DNA of 64,000 nucleotides from an uncultured Actinomycetes bacterium (lineage in GTDB: Bacteria > Actinomycetota > Thermoleophilia > RBG-16-64-13): assembly GCA_963706025.1 (NCBI GenBank), contig CAVPLM010000005.1, forward strand, positions 384,001 to 448,000, written 5' to 3'. The notes below the pieces were generated by a model that was not told the DNA's origin, did not search any database, and saw nothing but the letters and a program-made list of their open reading frames with translations. A program made the position numbers and the translations under genes. Positions 29,443-39,535 of this stretch are shown here, piece by piece. The stretch's first letter is position 1; the number at the start of each line of letters is the position of its first letter.

Positions 29443-30117
29443 CTAAAAGGTACCTGAAATGACAGTGAGCGAGAGAGCCGTTCGGACCACTTCTTCGGCA
29501 CTCACACCCCGCCCGAAGACCCCGTACCAGGCGCCCTGGTCGCTCCACTGCACCAGGACTCCGTCGTTCAGCTCGTAGAGCGTCGCCGGTCGTCCTGCCA
29601 CCGTTCCCACGGCGGACCCGGTGACGTCGCCCAGGTCGCCTCGAAGGTTCTCGAGGATCACCAGCCATCCGTCGCCTCGCTCCAGGAGGACCTGTGCCGC
29701 TTGGGTGCCTGGCGGTGAGTCGGAGACCTGCGGGTTTGGGACCTTGGGCCCGTCATAGTCGGCTGGGGAATGCAGAGAGAGCACCGGCCACCATTGAGCC
29801 GGAATGGACGCCCCCGAGGGGAGCTCCGTGAGGCCATATACCGGCAGGGGAGCCAGTGCGCGGGCAAGATCGCCAAAGAGGCGGGCGACGTCTGACTGCG
29901 AGGCGTTTCCAGTCGCCCCAGTCGTCGATGAAGAGGAGGGGCCCGTCACCGTCACCATAGACGACGAGGTGGGCGTGGAGGCGGTCACCGTGGGCGATAG
30001 CGCCCCGGAAGTCTCGGTGTCGGTGAACCGCTGGCCGGACCCGCAGCCGCCCAAGGACCAACCCGCGATCAGCATTCCTGCGCTGAAGACCAATGCCGCC
30101 AGGGTCCAAACTCGCAT
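29443..30117 (-). CDS. Hypothetical lipoprotein, Ser/Thr-rich linker, DUF4367-like C-terminus
   Basis: Lipobox LGGC; C-terminal W..QG.WY.V.G..VS.EEVVR.A.SL pattern. Confidence 0.6.
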   Translation of the reverse strand: MRVWTLAALVFSAGMLIAGWSLGGCGSGQRFTDTETSGALSPTVTASTPTSSSMVTVTGPSSSSTTGATGNASQSDVARLFGDLARALAPLPVYGLTELPSGASIPAQWWPVLSLHSPADYDGPKVPNPQVSDSPPGTQAAQVLLERGDGWLVILENLRGDLGDVTGSAVGTVAGRPATLYELNDGVLVQWSDQGAWYGVFGRGVSAEEVVRTALSLTVISGTF

Positions 30118-30207
30118 GCAGCCACCCCCACCATCGTCCTTGCGTCGTCAGGGTGGATGCTAGCGACTATTGCCGGACAGTCCCTAAGACTTTGGTCGCA
30201 CGTGGGC

Positions 30208-31461
30208 TCAGGTGATGCGCACGAACTTGCGCTTACCCACCTGCAGCACGGCCCCGTGCAAAGCGGCCGGGTCGAGTTCCGCGCTTGGGTCGCCGAGCAC
30301 CGTGTCGTCCAACTTCACTCCCCCCTGCTCGATGAGGCGCCTCGCTTCCCCCTTGGAGGAGGCCAGACCAAGCGCGGTGAGCAGGCGCGGCAGCCACACT
30401 CTGCCCTCACGGATGGCTTCTGCCGGCAGAGCGACCTCGGGGATGGCCTCCGGCCGATCCCTGTCTTTGAAGACACGGTCGAATTGCGCCCGGGCCTGGG
30501 CCGCGCGGTCCGGGGAGTGATAGAGACCGACGATCCGCTCGGCCAGATCCCGCTTCGCCTGGGCGGGATGATAGCTGCCTTCCTGAAGCCCATGCTCGAA
30601 AGCCTCCACCTCGCGGCGCCGCGCCCCGGTCAGGAGACTCAGGTAAGTGACCATGAGGTCGTCCGGTATGGACATCACCTTGCCGAACATGTCTTCTGGA
30701 TCGTCGTCGACGCCGATGTAGTTGCCGTACGTCTTGGACATCTTCTGCTCACCATCGGTACCGACCAGCAGCGGAACGGTAAGGATGCTCTGCGGAGGCC
30801 GGCCGTACGCTTCCATGATGGTGCGGCCCATCAGGAGATTGAACTTCTGGTCCGTCCCCCCCAGCTCCACATCGGCCCGAACGGCCACACTGTCATAGCC
30901 CTGTAGCAGGGGGTACATGAACTCCAGCATGGAGATCGGCTCGTTCGTGAGGTAGCGGCGGGAGAAGTCATCGCGTTCCAACATGCGGGCTACGGTGACG
31001 GTGGCTGTGAGCTTGAGCACCTCGTCCATGCGCAAGGGACCGAGCCAGTCACCGTTGCGGCTGAGTTCGACTTTGTCCATGTCGAGGACTTTGGCGGCCT
31101 GCTCGACATAGGTCAGCGCATTGTCGGTGATCTCCTGGTCGGAGAGGCGCGGTCTCAGCTTCGACCGGCCGGAGGGGTCGCCCACCTTGGCCGTGTAGTC
31201 GCCTATGATAAGAACGGCCTGATGACCAAGCGCCTGGAACTGCGCCAGCTTGCGGAGCACCACCGTGTGGCCCAGATGGATGTCGGGAGCGGTGGGATCC
31301 ACCCCAAGCTTGACGCGCAGGGGCCTACTCTCGGCTCTCGCCGTCGCAAGCTGGTGCAGCAGCTCTTCCCTCGGCAACGTGTCAACGCTGCCGAGGAGCA
31401 ACTCCTCGTACTCCTCGCGCACCTCGACGGGAACGTCGTTCGACGCGACTGACCTTACCAT
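30208..31461 (-). CDS. tyrS: Tyrosine-tRNA ligase
   Basis: G.DPTAPDIHLGH (HIGH), YPLLQGYDS, GGTDQ.FN, KMSKT, C-terminal S4 domain QVGKRKF. Confidence 0.96.
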   Translation of the reverse strand: MVRSVASNDVPVEVREEYEELLLGSVDTLPREELLHQLATARAESRPLRVKLGVDPTAPDIHLGHTVVLRKLAQFQALGHQAVLIIGDYTAKVGDPSGRSKLRPRLSDQEITDNALTYVEQAAKVLDMDKVELSRNGDWLGPLRMDEVLKLTATVTVARMLERDDFSRRYLTNEPISMLEFMYPLLQGYDSVAVRADVELGGTDQKFNLLMGRTIMEAYGRPPQSILTVPLLVGTDGEQKMSKTYGNYIGVDDDPEDMFGKVMSIPDDLMVTYLSLLTGARRREVEAFEHGLQEGSYHPAQAKRDLAERIVGLYHSPDRAAQARAQFDRVFKDRDRPEAIPEVALPAEAIREGRVWLPRLLTALGLASSKGEARRLIEQGGVKLDDTVLGDPSAELDPAALHGAVLQVGKRKFVRIT

Positions 31462-31574
31462 TGGCCACCTCCCGGGCGGCAGCATACCATGGCCGCGACC
31501 GGCCCTGCGCAACTTCAGAGAATGGCCGTGCGCATCGCGATGACAAGGGGCACCAACCGGGTTTCCCCCTTGCT

Positions 31575-32540
31575 CTAGTTCCGGCTCACCCGCGTGAACC
31601 CGGAACACGCGATCACGTCGACCCCGCGGCGCTCATACTGGTCGATGATCAGATTCATGCCCAGGGAATCGGAGGAAACGTGCCCGGCGATGACCACGGT
31701 GACCCGCTCCTCTTTCGCCTTCTTACGGTGGTCTTCACCCATGTGCATGCCCACGATCGTCCCTACCCCCGCAGCGGCAAGCCTGCTTATGGACTCCACC
31801 GGTCCCGAGGTGCCGCCCGTCATCTCCACCATGATCTTGCCGGTGCGCCGCTTGCCGTTCCCCTCGAAGATCACTGGGCCGGTTCCCTCCAGAACCGCCT
31901 GGTGATACTCCGGGATGGCTTTCAGCATGTCGAGCAGCTCGTCCACGGTGGCGTCCGCCCCCAGCTCATCACATCGCGCCTGGACGAACGCGTTCACGTT
32001 GTTGTCGGCCGGGGTGTGGCAGCACATGTAGGGTAGATCCAGCAGACGGGCTGCGGCGATGTTCTGCTCGTTGTTGCGCGGATGCAGGGCCCGCATTATC
32101 TCGGTCATGCGCTCGCTCATCACTGAGTCGCCATAGGCTATGGAGACCCCGAACTTGCGCCACACGTCTGCTTGAACACCCATCACTTCTTCCAGGCGGG
32201 CGAGGGCGCGACCTTCCGGGTGGTGGGCGAGAAGCAGGTCGACGGTCCGTCCCTTGGCCCGCAGCGCATCGGCCAGCAGGACTTCACCGACCTCCAGGTC
32301 GATCCCGACCAGGACGCCGCGGACCTCGGTTTCGGGATCACCGACGAGGATCCGGGTATCGGCATAGGGGTTGACCAAGGATTCGGGGTCATACTCCCAG
32401 CGCTTCTCCTGCGCGAGGGCCTCGAAGTCCTTGCGCGCCTGCTCGAGGACCCGAGCGACGCCCTCCTCACCTCGAGGATCCGCGGCCATGCCTGCCCGGA
32501 ACGCTACCTCGTACATCTCCCCCAGTCTCATCCTCTTCAC
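31575..32540 (-). CDS. Divergent NIF3-like (NGG1p-interacting factor) metal-binding protein
   Basis: VLVGID, AHHPEG, CHTPADN, MH, AGH.SSDS.G metal-ligand pattern. Confidence 0.7.
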   Translation of the reverse strand: MKRMRLGEMYEVAFRAGMAADPRGEEGVARVLEQARKDFEALAQEKRWEYDPESLVNPYADTRILVGDPETEVRGVLVGIDLEVGEVLLADALRAKGRTVDLLLAHHPEGRALARLEEVMGVQADVWRKFGVSIAYGDSVMSERMTEIMRALHPRNNEQNIAAARLLDLPYMCCHTPADNNVNAFVQARCDELGADATVDELLDMLKAIPEYHQAVLEGTGPVIFEGNGKRRTGKIMVEMTGGTSGPVESISRLAAAGVGTIVGMHMGEDHRKKAKEERVTVVIAGHVSSDSLGMNLIIDQYERRGVDVIACSGFTRVSRN

Positions 32541-33214
32541 CCTCCTCTTGATTGCACACGACGGCTTACGTAGGTGCTTTCACTCATGATGAACCTTAGG
32601 AGCAGGCGATCTCCTTTGGAGATGCCGATCCTTTCGGTGCAATGCACCTTGGGGGCCACACCGTCGTCGATGACGTACAGTGTCGACGCTTCCCCCAAAG
32701 GAAGACCATTCAGTCCCAGATGAAGGCCCAAAGCCTGCCCGACCCTTCCCGGCCCGCAACAGAGGCGAGGTCCATCGTGCCGGGAGTCCGGAACCTGCGC
32801 CCACCGGCCTGTGGCGCTCCCGTTCCCCACTCGGTTGCACCTGAGATGTTGCGTTTCACCCAAAGGCTCGAACGAGCGGACCAGGACCGCCGAGCCCACC
32901 TCTTCCCGATCGCATACCAGGTTGAGTAAGACGTGCACCCCATAACTCAGGTAGACATATACGCTACCGGGCGGTCCGAACATGGCCGCGTTGCGCCTGG
33001 TCAGGCCGCAGGCTGCGTGACAGGCCGGGTCGTCTTGGGGAAGATAGGCTTCGACTTCGGTCAGCCGACCTCCGCCGATGCCAGGGCGCCAGAGTATCTT
33101 CCCGATCAGGTCCGGACCGACCTCATCTGAAGGGCGAGCGAAGAATGCCGACGGAACTACTGACCCGCGAGGCAGTTCCACGCGAGCGGGAAATTCGGTT
33201 ATGCAGGAATCCAT
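32537..33214 (-). CDS. DNA-3-methyladenine glycosylase (MPG/AAG family)
   Basis: EVEAY...DPACHA, MFG.PG..YVYLSYG.H..LN.V, AVLVR, GPGR, RIGIS. Confidence 0.88.
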   Translation of the reverse strand: MDSCITEFPARVELPRGSVVPSAFFARPSDEVGPDLIGKILWRPGIGGGRLTEVEAYLPQDDPACHAACGLTRRNAAMFGPPGSVYVYLSYGVHVLLNLVCDREEVGSAVLVRSFEPLGETQHLRCNRVGNGSATGRWAQVPDSRHDGPRLCCGPGRVGQALGLHLGLNGLPLGEASTLYVIDDGVAPKVHCTERIGISKGDRLLLRFIMSESTYVSRRVQSRGG

Positions 33215-33310
33215 GCACTTATGTTATCAGCCTGCGTGGATGAACAGGCCGCGACGTCACCTCAAGGCGTGGGGCTAGTCAGGTACTAAGTTCCGGCCCG
33301 CCCGCGCCGG

Positions 33311-34720
33311 CTACTCTCCTGAGGGGCCCAACACATCTCGAGCAAGACTGAGTTGCTCCGCCACCCGCTGGGGGGCGGTCCCCCCGGGCGAAACTTTGGC
33401 GGCCACTACGCGATCCAGGTCCACCGCAGCGTAGTAGTCTTCGGCAAACAGCGGGCTGATCTCCAACAACTCGGCTCTTGTAGCTGCCGCCAATGGGCGG
33501 TCCTGAGCGGCAAGAAGCGCTACCAAGCGGCCGGTGAGCCGGTGGGCCTCGCGAAAAGGCAAACCTTTCTCCACCAGGTAGTCCGCCACGTCCGTCGCTT
33601 GGGCGTAGCCCCCTTCGGCGGCCCGTCTTCCCTGCTCCCGGTCGAACACCAGCCCCTGGACCATGGCCGTCATCGCGTCTAGACAGAGATCGAGTTCGTC
33701 GCGGCTGGCGAACACGTAGAGTTTGTCTTCCTGCAGGTCTTTGTTGTATGCGAGGGGAAGTCCCTTGAGAAGCGCGCCCAGGCCTAGCAGGCGGGCAAGG
33801 AAACCCGCGGTCTTGGCTCGGACCAACTCGGCCGCGTCGGGGTTGCGCTTCTGGGGCATGATGCTGGACCCTGAGGTCCAGGAGTCGGGGAGCGCGGCCA
33901 GACCGAATTCCTGGGTGGTCCACAGGATGATCTCCTCGGCCAGACGGGACAAAGTGAGCGCGCAACTGGTGGCGATGGCCAGGTAGGCGAAAGCGGTGTC
34001 CCTGGCGGCTACCGCATCCATGGCGTTTGGTGCCACCCGGGAGAAGCCCAGCTCGGCCGCCACCTGTTCCCTGTCGAGAGGGTAGTTGACCCCGGCCAGA
34101 GCACCTGCTCCCAAGGGCATCCAGGAGGAGCCGACCCATTCGTCGAACCGCTGTCGATCTCGTTCGAGCATGAAGAAGTATGCGAGCAGGTGATGGGCAA
34201 GCGAAACGGGCTGCGCCCGCTGCAGGTGAGTGTAGCCGGGGATGATAGTCGCCTGATGGTCCTCGGCCTGGTCAAGCAGGGCGCCCATCAAGGCGGCCAC
34301 TCGCTTCTGGTGTCCGCCGACCGCGTCGCGCAGGTAGAGTTGCAGGTCGAGCGCCACCTGGTCGTTGCGGCTGCGCCCGGTGTGCACCTTGCCTCCCACC
34401 GGACCGACGATCTCGGTCAAACGCCGTTCGATGGCCATGTGGATGTCCTCGTCCTCCAAAGACCAGGAGAAGGTGCGGTCTTCCACCTCTCGAGCCACCT
34501 GCGCCAGACCCTCCAGGATACGGTCCCGCTCCTCGGCGGTCATGACCCCGATGGCTGCCAGCATGCGCACGTGGGCACGGGAACCGGCGATGTCGTAGGG
34601 GGCCAGCACATAGTCGAACGGGATGGAAGCATTGAGGCGCTCGAAAAGGGGCGCCTGGGCGGCTTTGAAACGGCCGCCCCACGGCTTGTCGCCACCGCTG
34701 CCGGGGATCGCTTGGCTCAC
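33311..34720 (-). CDS. argH: Argininosuccinate lyase
   Basis: WGGRF, EDIH, HTGRSRNDQ, PGYTHLQRAQP, GSSIMPQKRNPD, YNKDLQEDK; GTG 34720 overlaps the argG stop. Confidence 0.96.
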   Translation of the reverse strand: MSQAIPGSGGDKPWGGRFKAAQAPLFERLNASIPFDYVLAPYDIAGSRAHVRMLAAIGVMTAEERDRILEGLAQVAREVEDRTFSWSLEDEDIHMAIERRLTEIVGPVGGKVHTGRSRNDQVALDLQLYLRDAVGGHQKRVAALMGALLDQAEDHQATIIPGYTHLQRAQPVSLAHHLLAYFFMLERDRQRFDEWVGSSWMPLGAGALAGVNYPLDREQVAAELGFSRVAPNAMDAVAARDTAFAYLAIATSCALTLSRLAEEIILWTTQEFGLAALPDSWTSGSSIMPQKRNPDAAELVRAKTAGFLARLLGLGALLKGLPLAYNKDLQEDKLYVFASRDELDLCLDAMTAMVQGLVFDREQGRRAAEGGYAQATDVADYLVEKGLPFREAHRLTGRLVALLAAQDRPLAAATRAELLEISPLFAEDYYAAVDLDRVVAAKVSPGGTAPQRVAEQLSLARDVLGPSGE

Positions 34721-35928
34721 AGCAGGCCTTGGCGACGGCGGGCCCACACTTCCACCGGCAAGCCCCAGAGTTGGACAAAGCCTTTGGCCGATTCGTGACT
34801 GAACGTATCGCCCGATCCGTAGGTGGCCAGCTTGCCCACATAGAGCGAGTTCGGGGAGCGTCTGCCCACCAGGCTGCAAGAGCCTTTGTAGTAGCGCAGT
34901 CGGGCCTCTCCGGTCACGTACTTCTGGCTCTCGTCGATGAACGCGCGCACGGCGTCGGCCAGGGGGCTGAACCACAGGCCCTCGTAGATCAGTTCGGTGA
35001 GCCGCTGGTCGATGATGGTCTTGAAGTGCTGCAACTCCCGGGTGAGGGTCAGGTCTTCGATCTCCCTGTGGGCCATGATCAGAGAGAGTGAACCGGCTAC
35101 CTCATACGTCTCCCGGCTCTTGATCCCCACCAGGCGGTTCTCCACCATGTCCACTCGACCGAAGCCATGAGACCCTCCGATCTTGTCGACCGTCTCGACC
35201 AGACGCACAGGATCCATCTCCTGACCGTCGAGGGAGATCGGGATGCCGGCCTCGAACCCTATGACCACCTCGACGGGCTCATCGGGGGCCTTGGTCGGAT
35301 CGACGGTGAAGACGTACGCATCGGAGGGCGCCGCCCGCCAGGGATCCTCCAGCTCTCCGCATTCGATAGCTCGCCCCCAGAGGTTCTCATCGATGGAGTA
35401 AGGGTTCTTCTTGGTAAGGGGGAGTTCTATGCCTCGAGCCGCAATATAGTCCATGAGCTCCTGACGGGTCATGTTCCAGTCCCGAGCCGGCCCGAGCACC
35501 GTGATCGAGGGGTCCAGGCAGCGGATGGAGACATCCATGCGCACCTGGTCGTTACCTTTGGCGGTACAGCCGTGGGCCACCACCTTCGCCCCGTACTGAT
35601 GCGCGAGCTCCACCATCTTCTTGGAGATGAGCGGGCGCGAGAGGGCGGAATGTAGAGGGTACTTTCCCTCATACAGCGCATTGGCCTTGAGAGCCGGGAA
35701 GGCGAAATCCCGAAGGAATTCCTCTTTGGCATCGATGACCACCGACTCGGCGGCGCCGGCTTGGAGCGCCCGCGACTGGGCGCCCTCGATGTCTTGCATG
35801 CGGCCCACATCTACCAGGGCGCAAATCATCTCGTAGCCGTGCTTCTCTTTCATATATGGGATCAGAGCGGAGGTGTCGAGACCTCCGGAATAGGCCAGTA
35901 CGCACTTCTCGTTGCCCATCTGTTTCAC
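34717..35928 (-). CDS. argG: Argininosuccinate synthase
   Basis: LAYSGGLDTS, HGCTAKGNDQVR, YSIDENLWG, ENRLVGIKSRE.YE; start may be ATG 35919. Confidence 0.96.
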   Translation of the reverse strand: MKQMGNEKCVLAYSGGLDTSALIPYMKEKHGYEMICALVDVGRMQDIEGAQSRALQAGAAESVVIDAKEEFLRDFAFPALKANALYEGKYPLHSALSRPLISKKMVELAHQYGAKVVAHGCTAKGNDQVRMDVSIRCLDPSITVLGPARDWNMTRQELMDYIAARGIELPLTKKNPYSIDENLWGRAIECGELEDPWRAAPSDAYVFTVDPTKAPDEPVEVVIGFEAGIPISLDGQEMDPVRLVETVDKIGGSHGFGRVDMVENRLVGIKSRETYEVAGSLSLIMAHREIEDLTLTRELQHFKTIIDQRLTELIYEGLWFSPLADAVRAFIDESQKYVTGEARLRYYKGSCSLVGRRSPNSLYVGKLATYGSGDTFSHESAKGFVQLWGLPVEVWARRRQGLL

Positions 35929-36383
35929 CCTCCCAGTTGCGTGAGATACCTGTATACGGCTTCAGCCGCCTGCATGTCCTTGCTCACCACGATGACCGTG
36001 TCGTCTCCGGCCACGCAGCCGAGGATCAACTCATGGTCCAGCTCGTCGATGACCCGGCCCATGCCGGGGGCAGTCCCGGGGTCGCACCGTACGACGAGCA
36101 GGTTCTGTGCCGCCTCCACACCCCGCCCGAACTCCTTGAGCATCCGGCCACAGGCAGTTGGAGGATCCGGGCGTTCCTCGAGATTGGGTACAAAAACGTA
36201 CCGCAGCCGTCCGACCGGGTCGCGCCCCTTCTGCAGGCCGATCTCACGTAGATCCCGGCTGATGGTGGCCTGGGTGACGACGCAACCGGAGGCTGCCAGT
36301 TCCTGCACCAGTTCTCGCTGGCTGGTGATGGGCCGGCTCTTCAGCACGCGGCGGATGATCTGTTGACGTTGCCGCTTGTTCAC
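35925..36383 (-). CDS. argR: Arginine repressor
   Basis: SQ.EL...L...G..VTQATISRDL.E, GCVAGDDT. Confidence 0.95.
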   Translation of the reverse strand: MNKRQRQQIIRRVLKSRPITSQRELVQELAASGCVVTQATISRDLREIGLQKGRDPVGRLRYVFVPNLEERPDPPTACGRMLKEFGRGVEAAQNLLVVRCDPGTAPGMGRVIDELDHELILGCVAGDDTVIVVSKDMQAAEAVYRYLTQLGG

Positions 36384-37300
36384 GACGCACCGCCACCCAG
36401 CAGGAAGACCATGAGGGCCTTCTGTGCGTGGAGCCGGTTCTCAGCCTGGTCGAAGACCGCCGACTGCGGACCGTCCATCACCTCATCGGTGATCTCATCG
36501 CCTCGATGGGCGGGGAGACAGTGAAGAACGATGGCCTCCGGCCGAGCCAGAGCGAGCAGGGAGGCGTTGAGTTGATACGGTCTCAGGGCTTCGACCTTGG
36601 CTGCGTCTGGCACCTGGCCCATGCTGATCCACACGTCGGTATAGAGAGCCGAGGCGCCGCTCACCGCCGCCTTCGGGTCCCGCTCCTCCCGCACTTGCGT
36701 GCCGTGCGCGCTCGCCAGCGCCCTGATCGACTCCATCCTTGCCACAGGGAGGTCGCTCCCTTCCGGGGAACTCAGACACACGTCGATGCCGGCCAGCGCC
36801 CCAGCCTCGGCCAGAGAGGCGGCGACGTTGTTCCCGTCGCCCAAGTACACGATCTTACGGCCCACCGGATCGGCGAACCGTTCCCTGAACGTCTGGATGT
36901 CGGCGAGGGCCTGGCACGGGTGGTCCGAGTCGGTCAGGGCATTGATGACCGGCACGGACGCGGCGGCGGCGAGGTCCTCCACATCCTTCTGGGCGAAGGT
37001 GCGGATCACGATCGCGTCCACGTACCGGGACAGTACCCGGGCCGTGTCTTCCAGGCTCTCCGACTTCCGCATCTGCAATTCCTGCTCGGAGAGATAGAGG
37101 GGCATCCCCCCCAACTGGTGGACTCCAACGCTGAAGGAGACGCGAGTGCGGGTGGAAGGCTTCCCGAAGATCAGGGCCACGGTCTTGCCCTGAAGGACAC
37201 CCCCCCGGGGATTGCGTTTCCAGGCGGCAGCCTGGGTCAACACGGCGTCGAAATCCGCTTGGCTGAGGTCCGTGATCTTGAGGAAGTGCCTGAGTTCCAC
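36380..37300 (-). CDS. argF: Ornithine carbamoyltransferase
   Basis: KPSTRTR.SF, NAL...HPCQ, GDGNN, TDVWISMG, HCLP, QAENRLH. Confidence 0.95.
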   Translation of the reverse strand: MELRHFLKITDLSQADFDAVLTQAAAWKRNPRGGVLQGKTVALIFGKPSTRTRVSFSVGVHQLGGMPLYLSEQELQMRKSESLEDTARVLSRYVDAIVIRTFAQKDVEDLAAAASVPVINALTDSDHPCQALADIQTFRERFADPVGRKIVYLGDGNNVAASLAEAGALAGIDVCLSSPEGSDLPVARMESIRALASAHGTQVREERDPKAAVSGASALYTDVWISMGQVPDAAKVEALRPYQLNASLLALARPEAIVLHCLPAHRGDEITDEVMDGPQSAVFDQAENRLHAQKALMVFLLGGGAS

Positions 37301-37310
37301 TGCCCACCCC

Positions 37311-38210
37311 CTAGACTCGGGAAACGCTGCTACCAGGGACGATCTTGGTGCCCAACCCGGCATCGTCGGTCATGACCTCCAGGAGGACAGAGTGGGGGAT
37401 CCTTCCATCGATGATATGGGCTGCGGCCACTCCCCCTTGAAGACTGGTCAGTACTGCTTCCAACTTGGGGATCATGCCCTTTGAGACCTTGCCGTTGTCC
37501 ATGAGTTCGATCAGGTCGTCGCTCGTGCACTCCGAGATCACGCTGGTCTCATCTTCGATATCGGCGTGCAGACCTGTGACGTCGGTGAGAAAGATGACCT
37601 TCTCCGCTTTGAGAGCCGCCGCTAGCGCTCCGGCGACGGTGTCGGCGTTGATGTTGTAGCTCTCCCCTCCTGACCCGGTGCCCACCGAGGCCACCACCGG
37701 CACATAATCGGCGTCCAAAAGGCTGAGAAGCTCGGTGTTCACCTCGGTCACCTCGCCGACCAGACCCAGGTCCAGCGGAGCTCCGTCGGGCCCCCGCTTG
37801 AGCAGCGGCTCCGCCCGCAGGAGGAAGCCGTCGTCACCGCACAGGCCGACGGCCGGTGCTCCCTTACTGTTGATGAGGCTGACGATCTCTTTGTTGACCT
37901 TGCCCACCAGCACCATCTTCGCCACTTCCATGGTGGCCGCGTCGGTGACTCGAAGACCCTCAACGAATCTGACGGGCAGATCGAGCCTTCTCATGTAGTC
38001 ACTGATCTCGTTTCCGCCCCCATGGACGATGATGGGCTTGATGCCGACATAGCGCAGCAGGGCTATGTCGGTGGCGAACTCGTCCTTCAAGTCGGCGGAG
38101 CTCATCGCAGCTCCCCCGTACTTGATGACCATAGTGGTGCCGCTGAACATGCGGATCCACGGGAGCGATTCGAGGAGCGTCTGCACCCGCTTGCGATATA
38201 TCTCGCGCAT
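37311..38210 (-). CDS. argB: Acetylglutamate kinase
   Basis: VIKYGG, VHGGG, GLRVTD, NINADT, LTDV.G, GMIPK, AHIIDGR. Confidence 0.95.
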   Translation of the reverse strand: MREIYRKRVQTLLESLPWIRMFSGTTMVIKYGGAAMSSADLKDEFATDIALLRYVGIKPIIVHGGGNEISDYMRRLDLPVRFVEGLRVTDAATMEVAKMVLVGKVNKEIVSLINSKGAPAVGLCGDDGFLLRAEPLLKRGPDGAPLDLGLVGEVTEVNTELLSLLDADYVPVVASVGTGSGGESYNINADTVAGALAAALKAEKVIFLTDVTGLHADIEDETSVISECTSDDLIELMDNGKVSKGMIPKLEAVLTSLQGGVAAAHIIDGRIPHSVLLEVMTDDAGLGTKIVPGSSVSRV

Positions 38211-38227
38211 GACTTCGGTCGACCTTC

Positions 38228-39535
38228 CTAGGTGTGGTACTCGGCGTTGATGGTGATGTACTCGTGACCCATGTCGGCGAAGAACAGCTCCGTCGACTCG
38301 GAACCAAGCCCGAGGTACACCGTGATGTCGATCTCCGGCTGCTTCATAGCCTCGGTCATGACGGCTCGGTCGGCGTCCGAGACCGCGCAGGCCGATCCGC
38401 TTTCGACAACGGTGACCCCACACAGCTGCAGCGATGCATCCGGCAGAGACCGCCCGGCCATGGCCGCGCCGGCCGAACTGATGATGCGGCCCCAGTTAGG
38501 GTCGCCGCCGTGCATGGCGGTCTTGACCAAGGGCGAATTCGCGACAGCCCGGGCCACTGCTATGGCGCTGGGGGCCGTCTCGGCGCCGGCGACGCGCAGG
38601 CGCATGATCTTGCTCGCTCCTTCACCGTCGGCGACCATCATGAGGGCTACCCGCAGAAGCATGGCCTCCAGGGCGCCGGCAAGGCGGGAGAGATCGTCTC
38701 CCCGTGGTCGCACGCCCGAAGCGCCGCTGGACAAAAAGAACACCGAGTCGTTGGTGCTCATCTCGCCATCGACGGTGACGCGGTTGAACGACCCAGCCAC
38801 GGCTGCCGCAAGGAGAGACTGCATCTCCGCAGACGACAGCACCGCATCGGTGGTCGCGACGCACAGCATGGTGGCCATTGCGGGCGAGATCATGCCAGCG
38901 CCCTTGGCACACACGCCCAGCCGGACCATGCCGGCGCTCGTCTCTACCTCGTAGGCGCATATTTTGGGGAAGCGGTCCGTGGTCATGATGCTACGATTGA
39001 ACTCGGGACCACCTCCTGGCTTGATCGCAGCCGCCGCCTTCCTGGCGCCGGCGGCCATGAAGTCGGCGTCTAGCTGCACTCCGATGATGCCGGTCGAGCA
39101 CACCGCTACCGCTCTGGGCGGAACATCCAGCGCCTCCGCAGAGGCCGTCTGCATCGCCCGGGCTACGGCCAGTCCAGCGGCGCCCGTGCAGGCGTTGGCG
39201 TTCGCGCTGTTCATGACCACCGCCACGAGGTGGTCCAGGTCGCACTCCGTCCTGTTGAGAACGATCGGGGCAGCGGCGAAGGCATTGCTCGTGAAGACCG
39301 CGGCAGAAGTCGCCTGCGATCGCCACTCCGGCGCGACACTGAGGACGCCCATGTCCGGACCTCCGCTGTCCTTCAGGCCGGCCACGATCCCCCCAGCCAA
39401 GAACCCACCCGGGAACGTGGCCCCGGGCGATCCAGCGGGCGGCTCCACAAGGCTCACTCCCTCGGGGACCACCAGAAAACGCGAATCGTTGGGGGCGACG
39501 ACGACCGGGTGGTCCAGCCCACCGGTGTTGCTCAT
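38228..39535 (-). CDS. argJ: Bifunctional ornithine acetyltransferase / N-acetylglutamate synthase
   Basis: NS.NANACTG, STGIIG, IMTTD, KGAGMI.P.MATML, D...STND, DGEGA, SPLVKTA..G.DPNWGRI, INAEYHT. Confidence 0.95.
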   Translation of the reverse strand: MSNTGGLDHPVVVAPNDSRFLVVPEGVSLVEPPAGSPGATFPGGFLAGGIVAGLKDSGGPDMGVLSVAPEWRSQATSAAVFTSNAFAAAPIVLNRTECDLDHLVAVVMNSANANACTGAAGLAVARAMQTASAEALDVPPRAVAVCSTGIIGVQLDADFMAAGARKAAAAIKPGGGPEFNRSIMTTDRFPKICAYEVETSAGMVRLGVCAKGAGMISPAMATMLCVATTDAVLSSAEMQSLLAAAVAGSFNRVTVDGEMSTNDSVFFLSSGASGVRPRGDDLSRLAGALEAMLLRVALMMVADGEGASKIMRLRVAGAETAPSAIAVARAVANSPLVKTAMHGGDPNWGRIISSAGAAMAGRSLPDASLQLCGVTVVESGSACAVSDADRAVMTEAMKQPEIDITVYLGLGSESTELFFADMGHEYITINAEYHT

